Assembly (NCBI GenBank): GCA_030390025.1
Contig: CM059431.1
Span: 131,814,001-131,878,000, forward strand
Reading direction: 5' to 3'
DNA from: Squalus acanthias
Lineage: Eukaryota
DNA: 64,000 bases
In this document: positions 1 through 13,414 of the stretch, in pieces
Position numbering within the stretch: position 1 is the first letter of the stretch
Layout: each line of letters begins with the position of its first letter
The notes under the pieces: generated by a model
Databases searched by the model: none
What the model was told of the DNA's origin: nothing
What the model saw: the letters and a program-made list of their open reading frames with translations, nothing else
Position numbers and translations under genes: made by a program

Positions 1-403
1 AAAATTGCATTTAATTAAATATTTAAAACAAAATTTAATTTTTTGAAGAATAAATTTACATGTTTTAAAGTGGTTAAATATAACCTTACCTTATTGCACA
101 GGTTTTTAAATGTATAAATTATTGATAAAATTTTATTTTTCTGTTTTTTAAAACTCTTACATTGGTAAAAGCAGGACTTATGCCTGCTTTTACCAGGCAT
201 AAGAATTTCACGGGCATTCGCTGGGCAGAAGTTGGGCCGCCCGCGGATGCCCTTTTCTCAGGGATTCGTACGAATTCTCTTGACAGATCACAAGTTCTGG
301 GTTTTAGCGCATGCACAGCGCATGCCTGAACCCGGAACTTGCGCGCCCTTTACGGGCACGTGCACAACTCATAAGCACCCGTAGGGGCCGCAAATTACAG
401 CCC
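1..403. mobile_element. Right end of a Harbinger-type MITE/non-autonomous element; the left end is outside the window
   Basis: A GC/CpG-rich block ends in AAATTACAGCCC (392-403), the same terminus style as the other Harbinger-type elements here. It has an internal 13-bp hairpin, TGGTAAAAGCAGG (163-175) / CCTGCTTTTACCA (183-195). Confidence 0.45.
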
Positions 404-459
404 ATTATTTAATCTCTTTAAAAATACTGTTGTTACAATCTGGTGCGGTACTGCGGCCT

Positions 460-720
460 ATTGACAATAAGGTCCCAGGTTCAATCCCTGGTTTGTGCTG
501 CATTAGCTTATATCAGCTGGGTTAACAGTAGGGGCACTGCTAGGGAGGGGAATTACATAAAATTATATAAACATTACAACATGGAAAAAGGCCATTTGGC
601 CCAATAAGTCCATGTTGGTGTTTATCCTCCAAACAAAAACATCAACCAGAGTTCCTGATTCTGATCGCTATCCGGTGACTTCTGCTGGAAAGACTGCACA
701 TGTGGATGATTGGTGAGAAC
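460..720 (+). mobile_element. Old tRNA-derived SINE-like repeat (unnamed family)
   Basis: B-box-like GGTTCAATCCC. Alignable by eye with reverse-strand copies at about 1800-1930 and 7900-8060, and with a + fragment at about 41805-41860. Confidence 0.45.
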
Positions 721-790
721 CATGAGGAATGGGCATTTGCATAAGGCTTTACTCAGCCTGAGTTACTGCCTTTGTGGGAAAAGTGGACAG

Positions 791-1200
791 GAACATAGAA
801 ACAGGAATAGGCCATTCGGCCCCTCAAGCCTTTCTTGCCATTCAATTAGATCATACCGTTGCTCCATATCCCTTAATAGACTTGCCTAACAAAAACCTAT
901 CAATCTCAGTTTCAAAATTTTCAATTGACCTAGCTTCAACAGCTTTTTGATGGAGAGAGTTCCAGATTTCCCCTACCCTTGTGTGAAGAAGTGTTTTCTG
1001 ACATCACCCTTGAACGGCCTAGCTCTAATGTTATGGCCCCTTGTTCTGGACTCTCCCACCAGAGGAAATAGTTTCTCTCTATCTACCCTATCAAATTCTT
1101 TAATCATCTTAAACACCTCAATTAGATTAAGGGAATACAAGCCTAGTCTATGCATCCTGTCCTCATAATTTAACTCTTTTAGCCCCGGTATCATTCTGGG
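791..1200 (-). mobile_element. CR1 LINE 3' fragment
   Basis: The minus ORF 973-1230 reads ...IPGLKELNYEDRMHRLGLYSL...GESRTRGH, the CR1 ORF2 C-terminus. A TTCTATG-type tail lies near 791. Confidence 0.85.
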
Positions 1201-3890
1201 GAAAAAAAATATGGTGCAGTTGATTGCCATGTTGCATACTGTTGAGTAGCTGGTTTGCTTAGATTAGGAATATCTCCTATTCTTGATTAGATACCACTTT
1301 AATCACAATGAAAGCAAAGTTAATAAAGACTGAAAGGTTTTCCTTTTGATTTACTGTATGTTCCAATAAGTAATGGAAAAAGTAGGAACTCAAGAATCAA
1401 AGGATCTTGTTGCAATGGTGCAGCTGAAATTCTGCAGGACCACAACTGACATATCAGTTTTCAACCTAAAGCTAACTTGAAAATGTTGTCAACTGAACAT
1501 TAAAATAGCACAGAACACTGGACTAGATGCAATGGATGCAAAAAGACAGATTTTTTTGTTATTTATACAATGCTGAATAATTCAGAATTTCCCTGAAGCC
1601 TATTAGCAGTGTTCATCATCTATCACTTGCTTTTCACTGGCAATTTTCTTTCCTTGCCTTCTCAATGGAATTTGTTGACTCCTTGCTAGCTCATGGTTCC
1701 AGTAATTCACCCAAATGACCATTATTCAATTTTAAGCCTTATCATTAAGTGGTGATAGACTGTTACGGGTAACATGTCAGCCAACACTGATTCTGTTCCA
1801 ACCCAACATCCACACGTGGAGTTCGAGCAGTGGGTCACCTGGATAGCAACACACTGGAAATTCTGGACATCTTTCTCCTTCTTAATCAGGGGTGCTGAGG
1901 CTCGCTCTAGCCCCTATCTTATTTCAGCATAAATTGAGGTTCTATCACTTCTCAAGTGATTCACTGTACACCAAAGCTCTTGAGTTGTTTCTGAGAGACA
2001 TGATTAGGTGCTTTATCATTTCAATTCTTTCATGTAAAGTTATTGCGAATTATTGAGTGATGTATAGTGGTCCTCCAGTATTTCAGGTGCACCACAACAA
2101 CATGAATATGGAATAAATGGGGAAATGCCATGATCCTGCACTCCAGTGAGGAGCCACACTCACAGGGAGCACATGTCGGAGAATCAGGACTATATTGTGG
2201 CCTTATCTGAGACCTGTGCTACGTGTGAGCGTGGCTTGCCATTGGGAACAGAGGATCATGGAATTACCCCTAAAAATAATCAAAATATAAATGAAAGTAT
2301 TCTTTGTGCCAGAGCCCATATGTTGTTGCCTCTGGCCCATACTCTTTCCAAACACTGTGGGTTGGTTATAAGTACAGTAAGAGCTATATAAAAGGGCTTA
2401 TTCAATAGATTTCCTCTCAGCACTATCTAGATGATTGATGAATTGGCAGCTAGTCAACCAAACACTGACACTACCACTGGTCCATGTCTCCTTCACTCTT
2501 TAACTCTTTGAGAACTGCTCTGGTATTTCTGTAACAGTATCTCCAAATCCACAAACATTCCAGTTGGTCCTTTTCAATTCCAAGATATTTGTAGTTCTGT
2601 AGATGTATTTCTTCTCTCTTTGATAATATTAATTGCTGGAGATTCACAAAAGGTCCTGTGTAGTGAACTGGCGCTCCAAGACACTGTGCTTTGGAATATT
2701 AGGACGGTTGTTCAGGTTTGCTGTACCTTCTGCATGGTGAGCTTCTAATGTCATGTGTGCTTCCGTTAGGAGGCAGAATAAAGGTTAAGCAGTTTCTCAA
2801 AGCAAGGTGAAATCAAAGGGAGAATCCCTTTGAGGCACCCCTGCACCTTCCTGCCCATCTTGTTCAGTATTCACACACTTGCATTTCTATAGTAATGTGT
2901 AGAAATGTCAGATTAATGATAGCTTCTTTATTTTCATTGTACCATCACATGTTTTGTAATATGTGCATAATACTCAGGTGAAAGTCCTTTCACAAAAAAG
3001 AACTAATTAATTATTGTGGAAGGCTTCTGTTGTCATCATTGTGCTTATTGGCCTCTTGATACGGGTACCTGCAGCTTCTTTGCTTTAACTTTCTTCAGGT
3101 AGCAGCTGGAGTAACAGTGAGACACCCTGTGTACACTGCCATGCACAGTGAACCTTATCAAGAGCTTTTGTATTTGTACATTTAACACCTGAGGATTGTT
3201 TACATTAACATTTGTGTTAAACACTAACAATATTAATAACATGCCATTCTTTCTTACCCTGCAGCAGCAAAGCTGATTCTCTTCAACCATACAATCCAGC
3301 CATATGAAAAGAATTGTTTAATCACAAGACAAATTGATAGGAGTGTCCTGTGCTCATGTTACACCATGTCTAGAGTCTGTTTCTAAGCTTGGAGCAGAAC
3401 CAAAATCATCCAGACTCCAGTTCCTGGAGCTAGTAAATTTGCTTAAGTGAGTTTGGGTTTTAGCTTCAATTAAAAATTCACCTATACTTGTGATTATAGG
3501 CCTGGTATCCTGCTGATCTATGTCCATTTCTGCCATTAACTTTGTTTAAAAGCAATCTTTCCCCTCCCTCAGATTTTGGACATTTGGGAGTCAAAAAACC
3601 TGTTAGCAGGTTTTTTTGTGCAACACATTCAGTAGCTCCTCAGATTGCAATAGTTACCTTCCTACCTCACTATCATTCAGAATACCTACTGTGGATATCA
3701 GCAACTTAAATGTCAGGGCAGGCAATTAATGAAAACACCTTGCCCAGTGCAGCTGACACAAGCATCCCTGATTTGTACCAATGACAAGCCTCAAACTATC
3801 TATGAGCTGTTGAGGTAGAGTGAAAGTTTATGGCAGTGTGTGGAACAGTTTAAGAGACCTGCAGTATGGTACTGATAAGAGTATTTTTAT

Positions 3891-6059
3891 GGCACAGAAA
3901 TTGGGCTACTTACCGCCACCCCGTTTGCGCCGCTATCCTGGCGAAAAATGGTGGCCGCCACTCTAGCGCCCTTCTTTGGCGCGGGATTCGGTGGCCACCA
4001 TTTTGGTGAGGGCCTTAGCGCATCGGCAGCGCTGGTCCTGGAGATGTAAATGAAGAGAGGGTGACATCAGTCGGAGTGCAACGGCAACTTAAAGACACCT
4101 CTGTGAACTTCGACCTTAGCGCTGAGTTCAGCGCTGGGTCCTAAGCTCGCTCTGAAAAGTGAGCGCTTAGCAGACTGACAGAGATGTTGTCAGCACCTCT
4201 TAAAGGGACACATACATATTTCAGGTAAGTTTGCATTTAAGCTTTTGAACTGGATTTAAAATTTTTTATTGAAGTAGTGGCTTGGTGCAATACATGTTAA
4301 AAGTTTTTTAAGTGTGCAGGGAGTGCTGCTGGATGCTTGCAAGACCTCCGATGGTAAAGGAAGGCCTCTGAGAAGACAGAAAATGCTGGAAATACTCAGC
4401 AGGTCAGGCAGCATCCGTGGCGAGAGAAACAGAGTTCACGTCTCAGGTCGAGATGCTGCCTGACCTGCTGAGTATTTCCAGCATTTTATGCTTTTATTTC
4501 AGGTTTACAGCATCCGCTCGCAGAGGAAAGAGCAAGATGCAGAAGGAAGGATGCAACCCAGACAGCCCCTTTCTGGCCAGGATATCCGGGATGGAATGAT
4601 CCGCCTGCGGTACCAGTGATCACAACCCCAATTCCTCTTTCAACATTTGTCCCACACCTTACCTTCCCTCTGTTACTAACCATCACAGCGTCCTCTTGGC
4701 CTCAATGCTGAAATAAAAGCCACCACAAAGCAAACTTTCCAATCCAACTTTATACATCTATCCATCTAATATGACATCAAAAAATCAACTCATTACCCAT
4801 ATGCATTCTCTTAGTGACTGTCTTGTGTGTGCCTTTGCCTACCCTAGTGATGTCACGCTACCCCAGTGGCTGCAGCATGGCTGGTGGAAGGTTGCTGACT
4901 TTCAGTGGGGGACATTGCAGATGGCCTTGCTGGTCCCGCTTGAGGAGCTGGTGGCTGGGAGTGTGAAATCGAGTGACGGTGTTTCTTCTTCTTCACTCTC
5001 CTCTCCCTCTTCTTGGTCAACCACTGGCTGGGCAGGCTATATTTCTTGGGTGTGTGAAATGAGGAAGGCACAAGGGTGGAGTTGTGGTGAGGGGAGGACG
5101 GGAAAGCAAGAGGTGTATGTGAGAAGAAGGATAATGTAACATCTTGTATTCTTTCAGCCCGCCGCTGGCTAAGGGCTCAGCCAGGCCCCTGCCAAGAATG
5201 GCCAGCATTGTCTTCTCCAAGGGGGTGAGGCGAGGCTAGGAATGGGAGGTGTGCCTTGTGTTTGGTAGATTGTTGGTAGGTGAGTGATTGGGCGGGGGAG
5301 TCGTGCATTGAGCAGTGTGTGAGGCTAGTGGTGCAGTTGGTAGGAGACGGCTTCTGAAGATGCATTCACTGACCTTGATCACTGGTCTGAGGTCATGAAG
5401 CTTCTTTGGGCACTGGATCAGGTCATGGATGCGACACTGCTGGCAGTGACGGCCTCGGTGATTTGGTCCCACATCCTTCTTTCTGGAGAGCCTCCTGGCC
5501 CCTATGAGTAGAGGACCTCTCTTGCAGTGTTGACCCCCTGCACAATGCTGGCAGTGCTGCGTGCGAGACACTGGGTGCCCCTTCCCTGGCTTGCTGAGCC
5601 ATTTGTGTTAGTGCTGAAGCACTTACCCATTTTTTTAGGTGCGGAAGGGAATTCAGCTTTTAAGAGCTGAAGACTGCCATTTGGGAATTCTTTCTAATGT
5701 TAATTTTTTTTTCAGAAGGCAGTTGAGCTGTAAGGGCTAAAAACTGCATATTTTTACATTATTTTTTTCAGAAGGCAGGTCCCCTTTAAGAGACCGAACT
5801 GCTTTCTGAAATGACAGCCTCACTTTCAGAGCAGGCTGTTCTTGCTGCAATGATGTTATGGCCACGCTACATTGGGACCGTCTGCCGGGACGAATGCCAC
5901 CAAGACGGCGTTGCACTGTGAGTTTAGCGCTGGGCTCATGTTAAATAATCCCCCGCGCCAATTTTTCAGTCCTGTCAGTGCCATCATTTTCGGCGGCCAT
6001 TAACACCGGGTGCCTGTCGTGGCACCAGCAAGTTTTTGCCGCTATCCAATTTTTAGCCC
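3891..6059. mobile_element. Non-autonomous PIF/Harbinger element with a degraded Myb/SANT exon
   Basis: Imperfect TIRs GGCACAGAAATTGG / CCAATTTTTAGCCC with CpG-rich subterminal regions. Minus 5602-5374 reads MAQQAREGAP...MWDQITEAV...IQCPKKLHDL..IK (frameshifted), followed by a GTCAGT donor. The flanking 3-mers do not match. Confidence 0.7.
4372..4517 (+). mobile_element. Penelope-like palindromic mini-element, copy 1 (centre deleted)
   Basis: Inverted arms AAAATGCTGGAAATACTCAGCAGGTCAGGCAGCATC / GATGCTGCCTGACCTGCTGAGTATTTCCAGCATTTT. Same sequence as the copies at 10756, 51733 and 55741. Confidence 0.8.
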
Positions 6060-7686
6060 AAGGTCTGATTCTAGTAGCGCTGACAAAATTGCCCAAGCTG
6101 AAACCAGTTTCTACAATACAAGTTAACTGATCTCTTGGACATGTATCAGACAAAGGAACTAAGCATAGCAGATTTACTTGTCCAATATGTGCACTTTTGT
6201 GATTTCTTGACTATTCATATGTTAACTGTGAGCATTCTGAATTATCATTTTTATTTGAAGTAATATTGTAGCTTCATCAAATGTCTCTTAATCTTATTTA
6301 CGGCATATGCCAAATCCAGGGATTATGTGCAGCAGCACCGTAAAATATTAGAGTTTCTTTGCAATACAGCTTTAGCTCTCAGAGATAGCTAATTGATTAT
6401 CACCCTCCCCACATAAAAAATAACTAAAACACACACAGCCTATAGGACAAGAGGGATCATTTCCAATTTATTTCAGAGTAGCAAAATTTTAAGTAATCAA
6501 AGTACATGAGACGTATAATTTATGGCATTTGACTTGATCGTCTGATGGACATCCATAATCCAATGCATTTCTAATCCAAACATTGTACAATCTACCAAAT
6601 CAATTTCAATTGACTCACACTGTACACAGTTACTGATGCAGGCATCACCCTTTCAATGCATTCATCACGGAATCAGAGAAGTTTGCACATTTCAGTTTTC
6701 AGCATTAGTCAATCCAAATCTGTAAGTGAAACCTGCCTGAAAGGCCATTTGTTTAATGCCGCATTAGTTACTAAGCTTTTGTCATAGACCACAATCCAAA
6801 TCAATGTTCTCCCTCTAGTTTCTGGATGTATCTATAATGTCCCTCCCTCCCTCCCTTTAATTAAAGATAGACTGATAGTATCAGGTTTTTTTGAACTTTC
6901 CAGAATATAATATGCAAACTTATAAGCAACGTAGTCCATCAGGTACGATAGGGTCTCCTGTTCCTGAAAGAGGAGAACACAAGTAAGTGGTGCTTGATTC
7001 TGGATATTGATGGTTGAATCATCTAGTCCCATAACCATTAAAATCAATAATCTGCTCGGTCTGCATGATATGTTCAGATTCTGGCAAAGTTATTGCTTTC
7101 TTGAGAAAGATACATTTCTGGTCATTTGATGGGAACCTTATTGAACGGTTATAATGGAACCAAATCTGCAACTCACAGTGGAAAAGGAATGATTTGTATC
7201 ATGTATGAGTTTTCCTCACTCATTATTTCTCACCAGCATGTGATCAACTTTGAAAATGTCACACCTAACCTAGTGAAAGCAATCAGCTTAATCCTTCATT
7301 GTTACCTTAGCATTGTGATCTTTCTTCACAATCTTATTTTGCTTGGAGTGTGAGGCACTGTGATTCCCAGTTTGCGATGGAACAAAGTTGTTGCAGGTGT
7401 TTCATTTGTGGTGGAATGAGGTGTAGTATGGTAGGTAACACTAATGAATACACCTGTTCTGAACTTCCTCTATTACAGTGGTTGCCTAATTATATTTCAT
7501 GTCTAAAGGATAAATGTACTGATCTGAATTTCCACATAACCTTAAATGTTGTAAAGGGAGTTATTTGTACGTCTACTGGTATATTTCAGTATTCCTTTTT
7601 CTTTGTAAAATCCTTCACATAAAGTGTCATCATGTCGTTCTGAACCAGTGACAGTGACTGTGTGTGGACAGCTCTTCCAATTTAAA

Positions 7687-7727
7687 TTGACCCTGGAGTG
7701 CAACTTTGACCCTGGAGTGCAACTTTG
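7687..7727. repeat. 19-bp perfect tandem duplication
   Basis: TTGACCCTGGAGTGCAACT x2. Confidence 0.9.
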
Positions 7728-7749
7728 TGAGATCATTGATTTGAACTCC

Positions 7750-8110
7750 CTTCAGTTTTATTTCCATTCCTCCCCTTCACTTCTGAGATAGCGACTCATC
7801 CTGGGGTACAATTCTGCAAGTGTGTGCTGGCCTTTGCTGCCTTGCTATTCCTTATGTGTAAGCCTGGACAGTGAATGTTGGTAGGTTGTCCAATCATAAG
7901 GGCATCACAACTGGGCAGACCCTCTCTTCAACTCATGTGCACATGCACTTTGCCAGCAGGGGTCACTGGGTGGTGATAGGAGAGAGAATCCTGTCCTATT
8001 AGTTTCCCTCCCTAAATCAAGATCAACTGACTCAGCACAGACTAAGGAGTAAAACTGGGACATGCATGGTCTGTACGAGTCCATAGCATGCAAGGTTTAC
8101 TCACTGACCA
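7750..8110 (-). mobile_element. Old SINE-like repeat, same family as 460-720
   Basis: The reverse complement contains GTCCCAG..TCTGTGCTGAGTCAG..CTATCACCACCCAGTGACCCCTGCTGG, matching 470-700. Confidence 0.45.
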
Positions 8111-9113
8111 ACTGGGGTGCATAGTGGAGATTCTATATAAAGTGTCTGTTCTCAGGCTAATTCAACCAACAAGTTTAAAGCACAAAACATAAGAATAAGG
8201 GAGGACTGCGAGATATAACTAAGTGCATATATTTCTGCTTTGATAGGATTATATGTTAATTGAATGTATTTCCTCTTTAAATAATTGTTTTTAAACATTT
8301 GTGGTTCTGATGACCTTCAGCTTCTGTGTTTATTTGGGTTATGGTTTATGGTTATTCAAGCTCTGAAAACACTGTACTTCATGAGCATGCCAGATAATTA
8401 TAGATTGTGGATGTTAGTTTTACTATGTATATTGCTTGCATAAAATTTGATTCATTACAGTTACAAATTTAATAAACACTTTGTTTACAATTACAGTGAG
8501 AAATATAATTTAATTTAAATATATATTCTCTTCAGAAAAGGTCACTCAGCTCATTTGCAGATATTCCCATGTAGTTTGTCACAAAAGTCTCTTCACGGAC
8601 ACTGCTGCAAAGAAATTAGCTCTTTATTGAGTTCACACATGCATGAGCATTGAGAAAAGCCATAATTGGCAATGTCTGTGAAAGGGCAAATAGTAAGGTC
8701 CATAAAATCCATCAAACATTCTGCACAGTTGTATGCAACAACAGGACTTATAGCTATAGTTTCTTTTTTAAATTTAAGGCTAAAATTAATAAATTCTGAG
8801 ATTTAACATACACAAGTATGTATAAAATTATTGGGTCTCTCGTAAGCTCGGGTGTATCAGTAGAGTGATTTTCCTCGTAGGTTTTGTTTCAGATGACTAA
8901 AAGAGCAGCATGCTTAAGGATGGAATTCTTAGTAGTTGAATTATATTAATAATAATTGTCATACCTGCCATATTAAGATAAAATTCTGTTAAAATATATA
9001 ACAATTTTATTTTAAAACAGCAGCAGCATTCAGCTATTTCACCAAGATTCCTATTTTCAATTTGGATGACCTGACCGAGAATACGACTACGTTGCTGCAC
9101 TGCTTCCTTCTCC

Positions 9114-9114
<1 letters not shown>

Positions 9115-9145
<31 letters not shown>

Positions 9146-9146
9146 A
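9115..9146. repeat. Poly-C tract (32 nt)
   Basis: Direct reading. Confidence 0.95.
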
Positions 9147-10755
9147 CCACCAACACCAACCCCGTCTCATCCCATCCCCTCCCACCTGCAGTCTGACAAT
9201 ATTTCTGTGGTCAATTCTAGTATAACATAAAATATAAAATGTTAACTGTGACATCTATTGCTGTGCCTGACCCAGAGTCACGACAATGACACAAACGCAA
9301 TATAGCAATTGGGTTGTGGGTGCTTATTATACTTTGGAGAGTAAATTCTTCTCCATTTTTTCCCTTTGGCTCCCTGAGCCACCACCACATGCACCTTGAC
9401 AGGTGTATGGGCAGCTTAGTCCCAGGCCTCTGCCAGTGCATACCTGAACCAGGTTTTATCAAGTGCAGGAGTGTGTTCAAGGTATGATGCTGCCGATGAT
9501 TTTCCTTGCATCTGGAAACCATCTGTCCTCATCTCAGTGTTAGCCCACAAACACACAACTAAGATTGGAAACTCGATGGAGTGAGCAATTGAACTTGAGA
9601 CCCACAACGCCATGATTCAAAGCATTATTCCTCCAAGTCACTGCTTCCTGCACCATATAAATCTTTAACTTAATTTCAAAATATATCTTGTAGAAAAAGT
9701 TAATCTTTGGGAGGGATGAGGTTAAATTGTCAATTCACTGTCTTTAATTAATCAAAATTAGTGGCATGTCACAGCTTTAAGTAGGTTGAGTTTTTTTATA
9801 TGTTGCATGTAGAAAATACCATCCCACGCATGATATTTCTGGGTCAATTAAACATATATGTATTTGGATTCAGCTCTGCTACATGTATTATGGAAATAAA
9901 GGCAAAAAATCAGACAATGACACGGACATAACAGAGAGCCACTGATCAGGCACTTGTACAAAAAGAATGTTGTGTAGATAGATTTTTGATTATTTTCATT
10001 ATTATGGCTTCCATACAAAAATGAATTGCTATTTGAGAAAAGGATTAAAGGAATTATTTTTCAGCATTGTTCTCAAATCATTATCTGATCATTTTCTGTA
10101 GACTATAACCTTTCTTTGGTGCTTTTCCTGTGTGCATACACAAGCCAGAACACCAAGAAAAGCATGGAAACAATTAGATTGCTCAGATATTTTGATAAAG
10201 TATGTCTATGCAAGACAATCACCAAGGAAACAGAGGAAATTGTGGAATATATTGCAGAAATAGGATAAAGACTCAGTCAACCACGGATGGTATGAGGCAT
10301 AGGTAAATTTGCCTGTCTTTCAGGGATAACATAGACGTGTGTAGAAAGAAAGTTTCTATTTTCTCAGACCATGCTGTGATCCAGCAGGGAACTGAGTTCA
10401 CAGAGAGGTGAGAGGGCGCATCTTGGGTAATTGCTGGGCTGCAGTCTCTGAATTTCTCAGAAACATTCCCTGCAGATGCCACTCCCCACTGGAATCATCC
10501 TTAATATGTACATTTACCATTTTTGCTAAAGTTAGCAAGAAAAGTATAACCCTAGATGATCTGCAGAATCAATCTGAGGCTTAGGAGGAACTCTGAGATG
10601 TGTCCTTTTCTTTCTTTGCATTAAAACTTTGTGCAGCTCTACATGCTTAAAGGCAGTACCACTAGCCAACTCATGATGGAAAATGTGTCAAATTCGCAAC
10701 AGACTGACTTCCCAAATTGAATCACACAGTCATAGTGAGACACCACAGGGAGGTG

Positions 10756-10923
10756 AAATAAAAACAGAAAATGCTGGAAATACGCAGAGTCCTGACGAAA
10801 GGTCATCAACCTGAAATGTTAACTCTGTTTCTCTCTCCACAGATGCTGCCTGACCTGCTGAGTATTTCCAGCATTTTCTGTTTTTAGTTCAGATTTCCAA
10901 CATCCACAGTATTTTGTTTTTGT
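10756..10923 (+). mobile_element. Penelope-like mini-element, copy 2, with inverted 5' arm and 14-bp TSD
   Basis: TSD ACCACAGGGAGGTG at 10742-10755 and 10924-10937. Segment 10756-10783 is the reverse complement of 10862-10889 (one mismatch). Confidence 0.85.
10785..10827 (+). ncRNA. Minimal type-I hammerhead ribozyme motif (partly decayed)
   Basis: CAGAGT(C)-CTGACGA-A-AGGT-CATCA-ACCT-GAAA-TGTT-(A)ACTCTG. This gives a stem I pair CAGAGT/ACTCTG, core boxes CUGANGA and GAAA, a 4-bp stem II and a vestigial stem III. Confidence 0.7.
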
Positions 10924-11250
10924 ACCACAGGGAGGTGGCTGTGTCCCAGTGAGAAGAGATGTTAAAGGCCTCTCAAATGAGAGAAAGCTCCTCTGAAGTG
11001 CCTGCTTAAGGCAGATATAATTTTTCCTTCTTCTTTATTTCGACAGCATTAATGTATGAAAGCGCTGGGTATTTTTTTAGCTTTATTGATTTGGAATGTC
11101 CTTGCAGTCTGCACCATTGATCACCTATCAACAATCCTCAGTCACATGATGTTTTAATAAACGATGACAAATTGATGTGTCATCTTCAATAATACATGGT
11201 GATGTACCATGATTTTCTTAGTAAGTGTCGACAATAAGGATTCTCTTGCC

Positions 11251-12716
11251 TAAGAACATAAGAACATAAGAAATAGGAGCAGGAGTAGACCAATCGGCCC
11301 CTCGAGCCTGCTCCGCCATTCAATGAGATCATGGCTGATCTGATCCAACCTCAACTCTAAAGAACACAAGTAGGAGCAGGACCAGGCTACTCGGCCCCTG
11401 GGCCCGCTCCGCCACCCACAGGGCCTTGACCGATCTGAACTCAAACTCATGTCCAATTTCCAGCCCGCTCCCCGTAACCCCGGATTCCCTTTACTTCTAG
11501 GAAACGGTCTATTTCTGTTTTAAATTTATTTAATGAAGTAGCTTCCACAGCTTCCTGGGGTAGCAAATTCCACAGACCCACTACCCTCTGAGTGAAAAAG
11601 TTTCTCCTCATCTCAGTTTTGAAAGAGCAGCCCCTTATTCTAAGATTATGTCCCCTAGTTCTAGTTTCACCCATCATTGGGAACATCCTCACCGCGTCCA
11701 CCCGATCAAGCCCCTTCACAATCTTATATGTTTCAATAAGATCGCCTCTCATTCTTCTGAACTCCAATGAGTAGAGTCCCAATCTACTCAACCTCTCCTC
11801 GTATGTCCACCCCCTCATCCCCGGAATTAACCGAGTGAACCTTCTTTGTACTGCCTCGAGAGCAAGTATGTCTTTTCTTAAGTATGGACACCAAAACTGT
11901 ATGCAGTACTCCAGGTGCGGTCTCACCAATACCCTATACAACTGCAGCAATACCTCCCTGTTTTTATATTCTATCCCCCTAGCAATAAAAGCCAACATTC
12001 CATTGGCTTTCTTGATCACCTGCTGCACCTGCATACTAACTTTTTGATTTTCTTGCACCAAGACCCCCAGATCCCTTTGTACTGCAGTACTTTCCAGTTT
12101 CTCGCCATTAAGATAATAACTTGCTCTCTGATTTTTCCTGCCAAAGTGCATAACCTCACATTTTCCAATATTGTATTGCATCTGCCAAATCTCTGCCCAC
12201 TCACCCAGCCTGTCTATATCCCCTTGTAGGTTTTTATGTCCTCCTCACTCTCTACTTTCCCTCCCATCTTTGTATCATCTGCAAACTTTGATATGTTACA
12301 CTCGGTCCCCTCTTCCAAATCGTTAATATAGATTGTAAAGAGTTGGGGACCCAGCACCGACCCCTGCGGAACACCACTGGCTACTGGTTGCCAGTCCGAG
12401 AATGAACCATTTATCCCAACTCTCTGCTTCCTGTTAGATAACCAATCCTCCACCCATGCCAGAATATTACCCCCAATCCAGTGATTTTTTATCTTGAGTA
12501 ATAATCTTTTATGTGGCACCTTGTCGAATGCCTTCTGGAAGTCTAAATACACTACATCCACTGGTTCCCCTTTATCCACCCTGTACGTTATGTCCTCAAA
12601 GAACTCGAGCAAATTTGTCAGACATGACTTCCCCTTCATAAAGCCATGCTGACTTTGTCCTATTAAATTATGTTTATCTAAATGTTCCGTTACTGTCTCC
12701 TTAATAATAGACTCCT
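11251..12716 (-). mobile_element. 5'-truncated CR1 LINE (RT plus C-terminus, one frameshift)
   Basis: ORFs 12214-12639 ([25 protein letters not shown]) and 11447-12181. The 3' tail is (TTCTTATG)n at 11251-11272. Confidence 0.95.
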
Positions 12717-12989
12717 AGGAGAGAACGCTTTGCTTACAGGCACATGCACAGCTTCCCCAACCCTTGGCAGTTCCAATTGATATATTTAGAAGTGAATGCA
12801 GAAGTGTCTGCACTTTTTAAACATTTAAATCAACTTTAGGTCATTTTTAAAATACGCAGGAGATCCAAGGGCCCCTTGAGCGCTTTTTAAGCCAGGTGTG
12901 ACACTGCACTGGTGTTTTACCCTGTAAGGTGGCGAATTCAAGCCATGTGAAGCTGCACTTTTCCAGTGGAAACTCTTTCACAGCACTAC

Positions 12990-13110
12990 AAACAAAATAA
13001 ACAGCTCGCATTTTTATAGCAGGTTTCCCAACCTCGGGATGTCCCAAAGTGCTTCACAGGTAATGAAATACTTTTGAAGTGTAGTCACTGTTGTAATGTA
13101 GGGAAACGCA
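12990..13110 (-). mobile_element. DeuSINE/L2-type 3' tail fragment
   Basis: Reverse complement of the tail of the SINE at 44262-44680 (CTACATTACAACAGTGAC..AAGCACTTTGGGACATCC). Confidence 0.7.
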
Positions 13111-13414
13111 CCCTTAATGTTGGCAAAGCTGTCAACTAATGCAATTTATGTATCAACGCTGCACTTCAAGTACAAAAAGATTTGGTCAGAGTAACTTCTT
13201 CCATTTTAGAAACCTATGTGTTATTCTTGAAGTTTCTTCTCCACCAATACATTAGGATTACAGTGAGCACTTTGCCAGGAATTGTATACAATGAATACAT
13301 TACTTTGATATTTTTTACTATGCCCATCCATAACCTGTGAAATGTCTTTGTTGACTGGGCAAGAACTGTGAATTTGACCACAAAGAATGTGAAAAATGTA
13401 TAGCCCTCCTCGTA

